Of a DNA stretch of 33,880 nucleotides, positions 1 to 10,060 are shown piece after piece. Made by a program: the position numbers and the translations under genes. The first letter of the stretch is position 1. Every line of letters begins with the position of its first letter. Source of the stretch: Vannella sp. (taxonomy: Eukaryota); the NCBI GenBank assembly GCA_023345925.1, contig JAJQQN010001314.1, forward strand, positions 1 through 33,880. Direction: 5' to 3'. The notes under the pieces are model-generated. The model searched no databases. It had not been told where the DNA came from and saw only the letters and a list, made by a program, of their open reading frames with translations.

Positions 1-135
1 TTCCCTCCAGAAAATAAAAAAAAAAAGAAAAAATCTTGCAGGACAATCTAATGGCTATTCTTATCATCTAGCTACAACCACCCCTGATCCCAATCATATC
101 ATATTATCATATCGCTGGTTTGGTTATTTGTTGGC

Positions 136-1035
136 ATGACGATGCGGAAGGCGGTTGTTGCTGCGACGGTGCTGGGGAGTGGTCTGGCTGGGGCAGGATA
201 CTATCGTTACAAGCAAAGACTTTCGACAAACTCCTCTGTCTCGGCAGAAGCCTTTAACGAGAGCCAGCAGCGCGCCTTGGCCTCGCTTTTGGGGAGTGAG
301 AAGTTCAAGGAGGAACCAAAAACGCTCTACCAGTACACAACCTGTCCTTTCTGTTCCAAACTCCGTACTTTCTTGGACTACCATGGAGTACAGTACGATG
401 TGGTGGAGGTGAATCCTCTCAGTAAGAAGCAGATCGCCCAGAACGGCTACCACAAAGTGCCGCAACTCCAGTTTGGTGGCTCTGATGGTCCTATCCTTGT
501 TGATTCCTCTGAGATTGTGAAGATCCTCAAGCCCATCTTGGACAAGGACGCTCCAGAAGTCACCGAAGAGGAGCAAAAGTGGAGGGATTGGGCAAGCACC
601 ACTCTGGTGTGGTACATGGTCCTGAACTCGAACCGCTCATTGACTGAGTCTCGATCAGGATACGACTACGTCAGCAACATCGTCAACTTCACAGGTATTG
701 ATCGGCTTGTGCTCCAGCTAGCTGGAGGTCCCATCATGTACCTCGTTGCTCAGAAAGTAACCCGTCCCAAGCTCATTCGGTTGGCTGGATTTGATGGGAA
801 AGATGAGAGAGAAGGACTCTACAAAGAGATGGGCCATTGGGCCTCCGAAGGACTGGGACAGAACCAATTCCACGGCGGAGGGAAACCAGATCAGGCTGAC
901 ATCGATGTGTATGGCATTCTCCAGTCCCAGAGATTCCTCCCTGTCTTTGGAGACGTACGTAAGAACGCAGACCCACGTGTGACCCGCTGGATCGACGATA
1001 TGGATGCTGTAATGCCAGCCCACTACAAATACTAA
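136..1035 (+). CDS. PTGES2: Prostaglandin E synthase 2-like glutaredoxin/GST-fold protein (single exon)
   Basis: 299-aa ORF with an N-terminal hydrophobic anchor, TLYQYTTCPFCSK (CPFC glutaredoxin motif), VEVNPL, KVPQL, DSSEI and a GST C-domain FHGGGKPDQADIDVYG. Confidence 0.88.
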   Translation: MTMRKAVVAATVLGSGLAGAGYYRYKQRLSTNSSVSAEAFNESQQRALASLLGSEKFKEEPKTLYQYTTCPFCSKLRTFLDYHGVQYDVVEVNPLSKKQIAQNGYHKVPQLQFGGSDGPILVDSSEIVKILKPILDKDAPEVTEEEQKWRDWASTTLVWYMVLNSNRSLTESRSGYDYVSNIVNFTGIDRLVLQLAGGPIMYLVAQKVTRPKLIRLAGFDGKDEREGLYKEMGHWASEGLGQNQFHGGGKPDQADIDVYGILQSQRFLPVFGDVRKNADPRVTRWIDDMDAVMPAHYKY

Positions 1036-1094
1036 CCTCACTTGGTTCCTTTCCATCACCGAAATGAATGATCTGATACATCCAGAAGGGGGTT

Positions 1095-4000
1095 TTATAG
1101 TGAATTGAGAGATCTACAGCTCCAAACGCAAATATGCGCGTCCAGTTCAGAGGCTCCACTCCAAACGGAGCCTCCAACGCAAGTCATAGAACGAACAGCA
1201 TCAGTGTGTTCATGTTCCATTTCCTGCAAAAGTATTCGTTTCTGTTCAGTGGTGAGTTGCCTTGTTGTCAGTAAATGAGAGCATTTCGTACGTCTGGGTC
1301 CCACACGAGAATGCTTTTGTCAAAACTGCCAGACCATATCGTTCCGTTGATGGAAGTCATTGATAGTACTTTGGAAGTGTGTGCAGTAATGCACGCGAGT
1401 TCTTCATCGCACTACTTCAAGTCAGAAAAGGGAATAGGGAAGGAGGTGGACTTACGTCAGTTCTCCAAATACGAATGGAACCGTCAGCTGAGCCACTCCA
1501 AAGTTCGCCGTCCAAGTAAACCATGGCGGTGACCGCGTTAGTGTGGCCAGTCCAAGTTCTCTCAATCTGAGCGTTATCGCGTCCCAAGAGAAGGATGGAA
1601 TTGGAAGTTCCCACACAAAGGTATGCCGGCGAGTCATCCAAAGGGGGAAAATAAGTGAGACATCCAATGTAGGGAGAAATCATCGCTTTGTGTCGAAGCT
1701 CGGGTTTCGACTTTGATTTCTTCATACAAAACCACCAACACAGAGTCCCATTTTCATCTCCACTGCAAACCATTGGACTGTCTTGTCCTAAAGTGGTCAA
1801 CGCACGGATGGCCGCACCTCCGTGCTCTGAAAGCTCCCGCTGCTTTTTGAAATCCTGGATAACGTTAGTTCTGGAAGACGTGAGGTTAAGAAACTCACTC
1901 GGAGATTAAAGATGTAGATAATCCCATCTGCCCCTCCAATCCACATACTGTCTCCGACAAGGCAGAGGGAATACAGCGTAGTATCAGCAACTGGAATGGT
2001 CTTGATCAAAGCTTGCTTTTCTGTGTCCCAAATGGAGATATCTCCGTCAGCTGTCGCTGCCCAGACTTGCCTTGTGGACGTGACATGGCAGAGAGCCTGG
2101 ACCGAAGAAGAATGTTTGGGGTTCAGACGTGAAGAGAACTGGGCGCCTGCAGAGTGCAGAATAGCCTTTCTATCAGCATCTCTATTTCCGATAGAGGCAG
2201 CTGAGGTACGGGGGCGAGTTACTGAGGTAGCTGAAGACCAAGAGCGCGTTTTGGAGTTTTCTACTTTCTCAGGAACGAAGGGAACCTGAAGCTCGAGGAG
2301 GATCTCTTGAAGGGTTCCCACAATCTCTGGAAAAGAGGGGCGTTTTGAAGGATCATCTTGCCAACAGCTCCGAATCAACTGTGCATAATTGGCATCACAC
2401 TTTTCAGGAATGGTGGGCCGTAGGCCACCTATAATGGCGTCCTGGAGAAGGACATCAGGCCGCCCTTCGAACTGATCGTCATACTCAGAAAAGGGTTGCT
2501 GCAGAGTGAGGAGTTCCCACAAAACGACTCCAAAGCTATAAACATCCATGGGCTCTTTGTACTCATCAGAGCGCATCACCTCTGGGGCTAACCAGTTCAA
2601 ATTAAAATTACCCCCGGCCAAGGAAGGCGCTGTCATTCGAGACAATCCAAAGTCTCCGACACGCACTCGGGATTCCACACTCATGTCCAACGTTGCCACG
2701 AAGATGTTGGGCGAGCGTAGATCCCTGTGGATGACGGCAGGTGAGAAGCTGTGCAAATGGGTCATCCCTCGGGCAATATCAAGAGCCACAAGGGCAGAGA
2801 ATCCATTGGAAGAGAATGCAGCAAATGCATCAGTACCAGGAGTTTGAGCGTCTTCCAGTAAGTGGAAGAGATCTCCAAGAGGGAGATATTCCATTACCAA
2901 TGCCATTGGAGCTCTTGACATTCCCACAAGCTTGCAGACACTCGGATGATCTAAGCAGCTCATGATCCACGCTTCTCTAATAAACTCGTTAAATTGGGCC
3001 TTTCGTACTTCTTCCATCTCTGAGTCATCTGAATCGGGTGTTTGCATGTTCAGCTGTTTGATGGCAACTGGTTTGTGTTGATAAGTCCCTTTGAAAACTG
3101 TTCCAAAGGCTCCTTGCCCGATAGTGCATTCGATTTCCAACTGTTGGAAATTGAGAATCTTCTTTTGGAGGTCGGACATAGAAAGGTCGGGTACTAAGTA
3201 GTCCAATCGGATCTTCCGCACACGTTGGCAAAGGGCGAAACCGACATTCGAAGTGATGGCGCTTAAGCATTCATCGAGGGTGAACTCAAAGGAAGAATAG
3301 GCGCTTTCTAAGCAGTGGGAGCAAGGGACTTTCACTGTCGTATTCGTTTCGTACCAGCCCTCAATGGTGGTTTCAACGTTTTCCAATAAGATACGCAGGA
3401 CCCTGACGGTATCATTGTAGTTGGCTTTTGAGAGATTTGCTTCGGCACCGTGAACCTGCAAACGCAGCTGGTAAAGTGTGGGGTTGTAGCGGAATAGAGC
3501 CGTAACATTACGGAAGCGCATCACGTGACCATACCGCCACTGAGACACCAGAGTGAATTCTGGAAGATGGTAATTTCGAACGAATAGGCGGGAGAAGAAT
3601 CCGAGCGGGAGGAACTCGAAAGTGTATGTCCGCCCAAACACATGCCCTGGAGTTATAACATTAGGGCGAACCGTCCATTCTTTGGAGATATCAGGTTGTT
3701 CCAAAGGTAGTAATGAAGGGATGATATAGCGAGGGGGAGTTTGTGGCACCTTAAAAGCGACTTCAAAATGCTCTAGGAGCTGCATTAGGGAACCTTGAGT
3801 CTCTGAAGAAAAGTCTTTCCATATGTGAGGCAGGTCCGTTTCACTGACAGATCCCTCTTGCCCATATCGATGGCGGATGGTGATTAGTCCTGACATGACT
3901 TTCGTTAAAAACTGGGGGTTCAGCACAATCATGTGTTTCAGCTTATCGTTGCCATTCTCAAAGAAGCAAAGAACTCCTGCTGCATGAAAGAATCTAGCAG

Positions 4001-6961
4001 CATCCAAAGTAGAGTCTTCTTTGAGGTTACAGCTGACAGCTATCCTTTGATATTCTGCTACACTGATATACGGTTGAGAGTCTCGGAAAGTGCCAAGGGT
4101 AGTTTCAAGTTGAATCCATGAATGAGGGTAAAGTTGACCAACATATCGGCACCGAACGGCCTCAGCAGAGATTCCATCCATAAGTTCCTTGATACCCAAT
4201 CGCTTGCGGCTTCCCACAGCATAAATACTGCGAACGCTTCGCTCTCCCCCGGGAGTTGTGAAGCGCTGTGGTTGGATGGTGGCTGCAATGTTGGCTGTAA
4301 AAGCTTCCACGTAAGATTGGTCGATATCCTTATCGTCATAGTGAGTTCCAACCAGAAATATAGAAGCCCCACGCGCCCTTGTATGGATAGAGTTGATCCA
4401 ATATTCGATCTTTGACAGATTTTTGTCCAAGAGATTGAAACAGACGAGGTAGATTGAGCGCGGCGAAAGGAAGAACTGGTGGGTAGTGTAGTAAATTTCC
4501 TGTCCCGCATAGTCCCAACAATCCCACGTCATTGACTTTCCCTCTCCTAAAGGTAAGACCAATTCGTTGATATCAATTCCGTCCGTTGCAATGGTATCTG
4601 TGGGTTCCTTTCCATTCTTGGGTTTCTTCCTTTTGTCAAGTCCAAGGAAGCAATTCATCAAGCTCCTGCAGAGAAAACAAGGCAGGGTTAGTTCATAGAA
4701 AGGGAAAATAGGGATAGACGTACGTTTTCCCGACGTTTCCATCGCCGACAAACATGACTTTGACCCGATTATACTCGACTTGTCCACCTCCTGAGAGCCC
4801 TGCCAAGTAGGAGAAGAGAGTGCTGGCAGCCTTGGGATTGTTTTCACCAAGCTTGGGTATAACGTCCGTGGGAATGGTTGTGAGGGGGTTTTCGTAGATG
4901 TCAAATAGTTCTAAAGTATTCTGCAAAGCCACTAGTTGATAAGGCAAGTAAGATAGCCTATTACGGCTTATCAATAGTTGTTTGAGGCTTTTCATCTCTC
5001 CAATTGAACTATTTAGGGCAGTAAGATAGTTCCTGCGCAAGTCCAAGACTTGCAGGGTTCGTAGAAGTTTGATTTCTTCTGGAACAAACGTGATTTGGTT
5101 ATCAGAGAGAATGAGAGTCGTGAGGGAACGGATGGTCGTCAGTTCAATGGGGATTTCTCTGATGAAATTGCCAGAGCAGATGACTTCTACGAGGTGAGTA
5201 GATTTGGACAAGTCTGGAAGTCTTGGTAGGCGGCTGAAGCTCAAATCAAATGTTTTGAGGCGTGTGGCATCGGCTACAATTCGAGCAATATCGCTTTCAG
5301 CGTGAATACTGTCCCCGAGCTCACGAGCTTCTTGAACAGTAGAGAGGTAGTCGTGGATCTTCAGGGAGTTCAGCCCTTTCAATCCATTCCACTTGCCTTT
5401 CTCGTCCTTGAGAGAAGCGCCACTTTCTACTAGCATTCTTACCAATTCAAGATGTCCAGCCCTTGCTGCACATTGGAGAGGGGTCCAATTTCCCTTGCCT
5501 CTGTTGTTTAGACATGCAGGATCAAATTGCACAAATAAGAAGAGAATGTCACCAAGACCTTCCCAACATGCTGCGTGAACAGCAGCCCATCCCTGTTTGG
5601 TAATTTCAAGGGGGGAATCTCCTCGCATTAGTATCTGTCTGGTTTTGATCAAATTACCAGAAAGCACAGCCACGACCAGTTTGTCTTTGACCTCACTCTT
5701 AAAGATCTTCCACCGTGGAACGTCTATACGCTCATACATAATTTGGCGCATCAAATCGTTGAATGAATTCCGAATTTGGGTTCCTTTTCGGGAGCTGGTG
5801 ATGAAGTAGCGGATGTCGAACTTCCGGGCATAGTTATTGATGTCACCTGTCTTCACCACACATGAGGACTCGTCTGACTTTGTCCCAATAATGAGAGCCG
5901 CGTTCTTTTTGATCGTCAACTTGGAGAACTTTTGAGAGAGAAGCACTTGCATCTCGCTGAAGCTCTCTGTTGAGGTCATACTGAACACAAAAACGCAGCA
6001 GTCGGCTTGTTGAACGAGTTCTTGTGCGTTGGGCGCGGAAAAGTCGCTTAGAAATGTGAATTTGAGGATGATTTCTCGCCCTTGGAAGGGGAGAGTGTCT
6101 TCGAACTGGCCAGACTTGGGTCCTTCTTGGAGATTGAAAAGATCTGAAGGAGGAGAAGTTCCGATCGTATCACTCTCCGACGAGTCCTCTGACTTTTGCT
6201 TACTAACTCGACCCGAGAAGCCCATCATCCTCTTACGGAGCTGAGGCACTTCTGGCGAACTGATTTGAACAGGCACTGGAGATCTATTTTGGAAAACCCT
6301 TCGTCCATCATCACTCCTGTTCAGCCCCGTGTTACGATAGTTAGATCGTCTGGCGGCGAGAGGGATGTTGGTTGGACTAGACTCAGGATGAAAGGAGGGA
6401 GGGCGAGGGAGTGAGGTGTTAGGAGGAAGTCCTATAGCCTCCAGAAACCCCTGAGCTTGCCCTGGTCTCGGAGACGGAATGGCGTCTTCAGGAACGAAGC
6501 TCATGAATCCCATCGCGCCTGTGCTTGGGGTGGGGATGGCACTTGGCGGTGGAATGGCGTCTTCGGGAACGAAGTTCATGAAGCCCATCGTTCCTGTGCT
6601 AGCAGGGAAGACGGCACTTGGTGGTGGTCCTTCTATCAAGCTCAGAAAGCCCATAGAAGCCCCTGTTTGGTGTTCCTGAGGAGAGCTTGAAAGATCAGCC
6701 GCGAACCGAGAAGGGCTCCTGTGAGTCTGCTTTATCCGTGAGCAACGCCATCCCTGCATGTTTACCACGAACCTCAGAGGTTTTGAAGTCTCCTTTGAGC
6801 CAGCGTTGAGCCAGACTCCGCTTCCCACTATCCTTGCCACCAAGAATTAACACGACGACCCGTTCCGCAGGCGGATCGCTCTCCAGCTTGCGCACGCTCT
6901 TCCCTCTCCTCATCGGATACTTGCCCCTCTCTATTAGTACCAAATCAACCCTTCTGCCCAT
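1095..6961 (-). CDS. Roco/LRRK-family kinase: split Ras-like domain - ANK - LRR - ROC - COR - TKL kinase - WD40 (~1874 aa, 6 exons)
   Basis: GT-AG introns at 6727-6772, 4666-4723, 1855-1898, 1412-1455 and 1242-1291 join the ORF-track fragments in frame (5625 nt). ROC motifs GDGNVGKTS, ATDGI, WDYAGQE, GTHYD. COR LNPQFL, FLPLGFFSRL. Kinase GQGAFG, VAIK, HRDLRSPN, DFG, WLAPE. ANK TPLQCAARAGH; LRR LxxLxLxxN; WD40 LWSGSADGSIRIW. Confidence 0.92.
6476..6655. repeat. Imperfect 75-nt (25-aa) coding tandem repeat in the Roco N-terminal insert
   Basis: ggaatggcgtcttc[a/g]ggaacgaag[c/t]tcatgaa at 6476 and 6551; ggcacttgg[c/t]ggtgg at 6538 and 6613. Encodes STG[T/A]MGFM[N/S]FVPEDAIP twice, plus weaker copies MGFLSLIEG and QGFLEAIG. 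Confidence 0.85.
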
Positions 6962-7051
6962 CCACTCACAACTGCCGAGCTCATCGTCGCCGTACTCGTG
7001 AGGAGAGTGAATGGCCTAAAAGGGATGATCTTGTAGGCCAATAGCCTATAA

Positions 7052-7885
7052 ATGGAATTCGTTGTGTTGGGTGGGTTTGGGATTTTATTCATTTTGATGG
7101 CGGACCGGTTGAGTTGGTTGGTGCCGGAGGGGAAGAGTGCGGGGACGTTGGCAGGGAGGGATTCGTTGCAGTTGTGTTATGTGCGTTTGACCCCGGGGCA
7201 GGTTTATGGAGAGAGGCAGCCTCTTCCTCCCTTTCTGGTGGCGCCAGTGTCATTCGGGGAGGAGGTTTTTGCACCTTTGGATGGTCTTCTCCCCCACTTG
7301 GAAGATTCTGAGGTGACAGAAGCTTCATTACTACCATCCTGCCCTTCGAGCTCGGTAACAGCTGCAGGTGAGGTACCCACATCTTTATCCAAAGCGACTC
7401 GCGACGTTCTCTCTGCAATGGAGGATGGGCAAGACCCAAGGGTGATTCCAAGTCAGCAAGGAAACCTCACAATCCTCATTTCTACCCGAGCCGAGGACTG
7501 GGACGCGATATGGCAAAGTGGAGGACCTTTGGAAGACTTTCATCGGAACAAACACCAGTTCCTCAGCTTCCTGCGATGCGTCAACTCCCCAGGTCTCATC
7601 CAGTATATCTTAACGAGCCAAGTCAATCACCTATGCACCTCCTACGTATCCGAAGACGGCAGCCAATTCGATCCCTGGCTCGAACAGTTCATTCGCTTCA
7701 TCGTTTCTTGGTTACGCAAACACCCTCAAAGCGAGGCGAACAACCCCCTTAACCTTCTGTCTGCTAAAGGGCTCAAAGAATGGGTCGGCAAACACATCCT
7801 CGCCAAGAACATTCCTGAAAGACAGGCCAAACCAATATTCCTTCTTTTCCAGAAGAATTGTAGCGAATGTGACCGTGGATTTTGA
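7052..7885 (+). CDS. Hypothetical protein (277-aa ORF; 5' structure uncertain)
   Basis: Long ATG-initiated ORF divergent from the Roco gene, with a globular-looking helical C-terminal half. No motif recognised. Confidence 0.6.
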   Translation: MEFVVLGGFGILFILMADRLSWLVPEGKSAGTLAGRDSLQLCYVRLTPGQVYGERQPLPPFLVAPVSFGEEVFAPLDGLLPHLEDSEVTEASLLPSCPSSSVTAAGEVPTSLSKATRDVLSAMEDGQDPRVIPSQQGNLTILISTRAEDWDAIWQSGGPLEDFHRNKHQFLSFLRCVNSPGLIQYILTSQVNHLCTSYVSEDGSQFDPWLEQFIRFIVSWLRKHPQSEANNPLNLLSAKGLKEWVGKHILAKNIPERQAKPIFLLFQKNCSECDRGF

Positions 7886-8287
7886 ATTCGAGGCTCAACA
7901 ATGAGTTATTCTGGCGCAAAAGAACACGGCGATGGCAAATGCAACAAGGAGGCAGTGAGAAGCAAGAAAAGTCACCTCATTTGGGTTCTTAGAGGGAGCA
8001 TTAAGTGTGTTAATACTCAGAAACCGAAATCAGCGCAAAAGCTTGTCCTGAAGAGATGGAGGCATCAAGAAAAGTCCTCAGGACACTCTGAAAGTCCTCA
8101 AAGAACACCCAAAACTGCCGTTTTGTCTCGTAACCATTCTGTAGCCTCCTGGTTGATATGAGTTGCTGCGTGGGTCCCCAACAACATTCAAACAGGAGAA
8201 TAGCTGGTGCACCAGAACCCAGCCACCGCATCTGAGAGCCCTAAAGTGAACTAAAAAGTGTCCGAAACGAAGTGAATTAGAGAATGA

Positions 8288-9927
8288 TCAAGTCCACTGT
8301 ACGATATCGAGGAGCTGGTTCTTCATGATAGTGTTGGTAAGTTCTCGGAGGGAATCCGTCACCAAACTAGTGATGGGATGGTCGGAACTGGTCTCATGGA
8401 AGCCCCAGAAGATCTTTTGGGTGGGGAAGCGCTCTCTGTAGAGATTATTGAAGGCGTCACAGATCCCATTGCGCATGGGGTCGCCCTTCACGCTCTTGGG
8501 AGCGGGTTGGAAGACTGAATTAGGAGGGACTTCCACGCGACCAGTTGAGACGCCCTCTTGGATAACTGAGGGATTGAAGAGAATGATGATTGTGCCCTGT
8601 GGTTGGTAAAGGCCACTGACCTTTGACAGATAGTCGTACGCCTCATGAAGGCCCTGAAAGCTGGTCGCGTTTACAAAAAACACCACAATTTGAGCGTTAT
8701 CTCGCATCATGGGCAAGTATCTTCTGTCCCGCTGCTGCAAACGGTTGCAGCTACACGTCCGGTACGTAATTCCACCGTGCGCCAACTTAATGTGACGGAA
8801 TTTTCCCACGTCCAGTTTCTGTGCGAGTGGTTAGAGAGCCATGCATCCACCACATGAGAGACCAAGATCTCTCTTCTCACCTCCATTATCCTTGTATCTC
8901 TCAGGCCTGGTATATACTTCTGCCCGAAAATGGTCGAGGCGTTGTCCATGATGCTATGAAGACCCGGTTAGCCACATCTGGCGGCCTAGTAACGCGCTTA
9001 CTAAGTGTCGTGCTCAGCCATGGGATCGAGAAGGAGGGAGTACCCTTTCTTGATGTTCGGTTCAACCCACAGCTTCTCAATGAGACCGCAGATCTCATTG
9101 ATCTCCAAATCGCTCTCCAGATCCCTCAATGCAGCTATTGCGAGAGGTGACACTGGCAAGTCAGCCTTCTGAGCAGCGCTGATGCTTCGCAGGAGGACTC
9201 TGCGCCCACGGCGAGAGAGGGTGACGCGTACGGCGTTCTGCACACCTAAAGGATCTGATAAATCGTTGATGTTGTCCCAAAAGAAGGTCTCGATCTCTGA
9301 GTGAGGCGTGCTGAGTATGAGCACGGACCTCTGGTCCTCCTGAAAATCTGCAGTGTACCCAGGTCGGCGGGATTCATCGTCTTTCATCAGCTTGTCGATG
9401 TTCTTGCTTGCTGCGTCGATGCTCAGTATGCAGGAGGACTTCTACAGCAGTGGCAACTCACCTTCACTTGGGCGTCCGGCAGCAACAACGAACGGGTTGG
9501 TCCACCCTTTGCTCTGTTGGGGACAGAAGGGCTCTTGATTGATGGTGATAAACTTGAACATGCTTTGGTATGTCAATGAATGGAGAACAGAGCTGCTGGG
9601 GAGACGGACTGACCTTTGCGCGGTGTTGTCCGCGTTGGTTTCTTGGAAAAGCTGCAGTTTGAGCCGCCCCAGAGCCTCAAGGGCGAACCATAGGCGTTGA
9701 GTTTCAGTGTACACCAGGTTGGTTTCTGGCCCCACACTCTCCACCAGGGAGGGCTCACCTGTGGGCGGCATGACTGTACCACCCCTCCCGTGCTCCGTAC
9801 GAAGCTGCGACTCAGAAGTCTGGGTCCCTCCTGCATCTAAGACCGTATTGGCGCGCGCAGTTCTGGGCGAAGAAGCTCCTGCAGCGTCCACAGCCTTTGT
9901 CCCTCGACGCAGCTTGGCCACACTCAT
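8288..9927 (-). CDS. Degenerate heterotrimeric G-protein alpha subunit (pseudo-GTPase) with N-terminal extension, ~475 aa
   Basis: Introns 9411-9461, 8954-9001, 8819-8880 (and probably in-frame 9563-9613) give one frame. G-alpha scaffold segments: SKNIDKLMKDDE (alphaN), IEKLWVEPNIKKGY, YIMDNASTIFGQKYIPGLRD (helical domain), AQIVVFFVN, TIIILFN and C-terminal [13 protein letters not shown]. The G1-G5 boxes are not conserved. Confidence 0.8.
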
Positions 9928-10060
9928 CCTTCACTCCTCCAAATAATGACCAAACAACGTCCATCTCATTCCTTTGCATGTTCAAAGCGTAGTGGAAGAC
10001 AAACCAGCCAGCCAAAGGACCAATCCGCGCGCGGTCTCACACTCCCTTCTCGTTCGGTTC

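Noticed and set aside
11..33. A-rich tract at the window start
   Set aside because: Ordinary low-complexity intergenic run; no target-site duplication or retroelement context visible.
1797..4904. 1035-aa and 716-aa ORFs as two overlapping genes or a programmed frameshift
   Set aside because: A canonical 58-nt intron (4666-4723) splits the ROC P-loop GKT|S and joins them into one gene.
8288..9927. G-alpha locus as a decayed pseudogene
   Set aside because: All apparent stops and frameshifts fall within canonical introns. The frame is intact despite extensive motif divergence.
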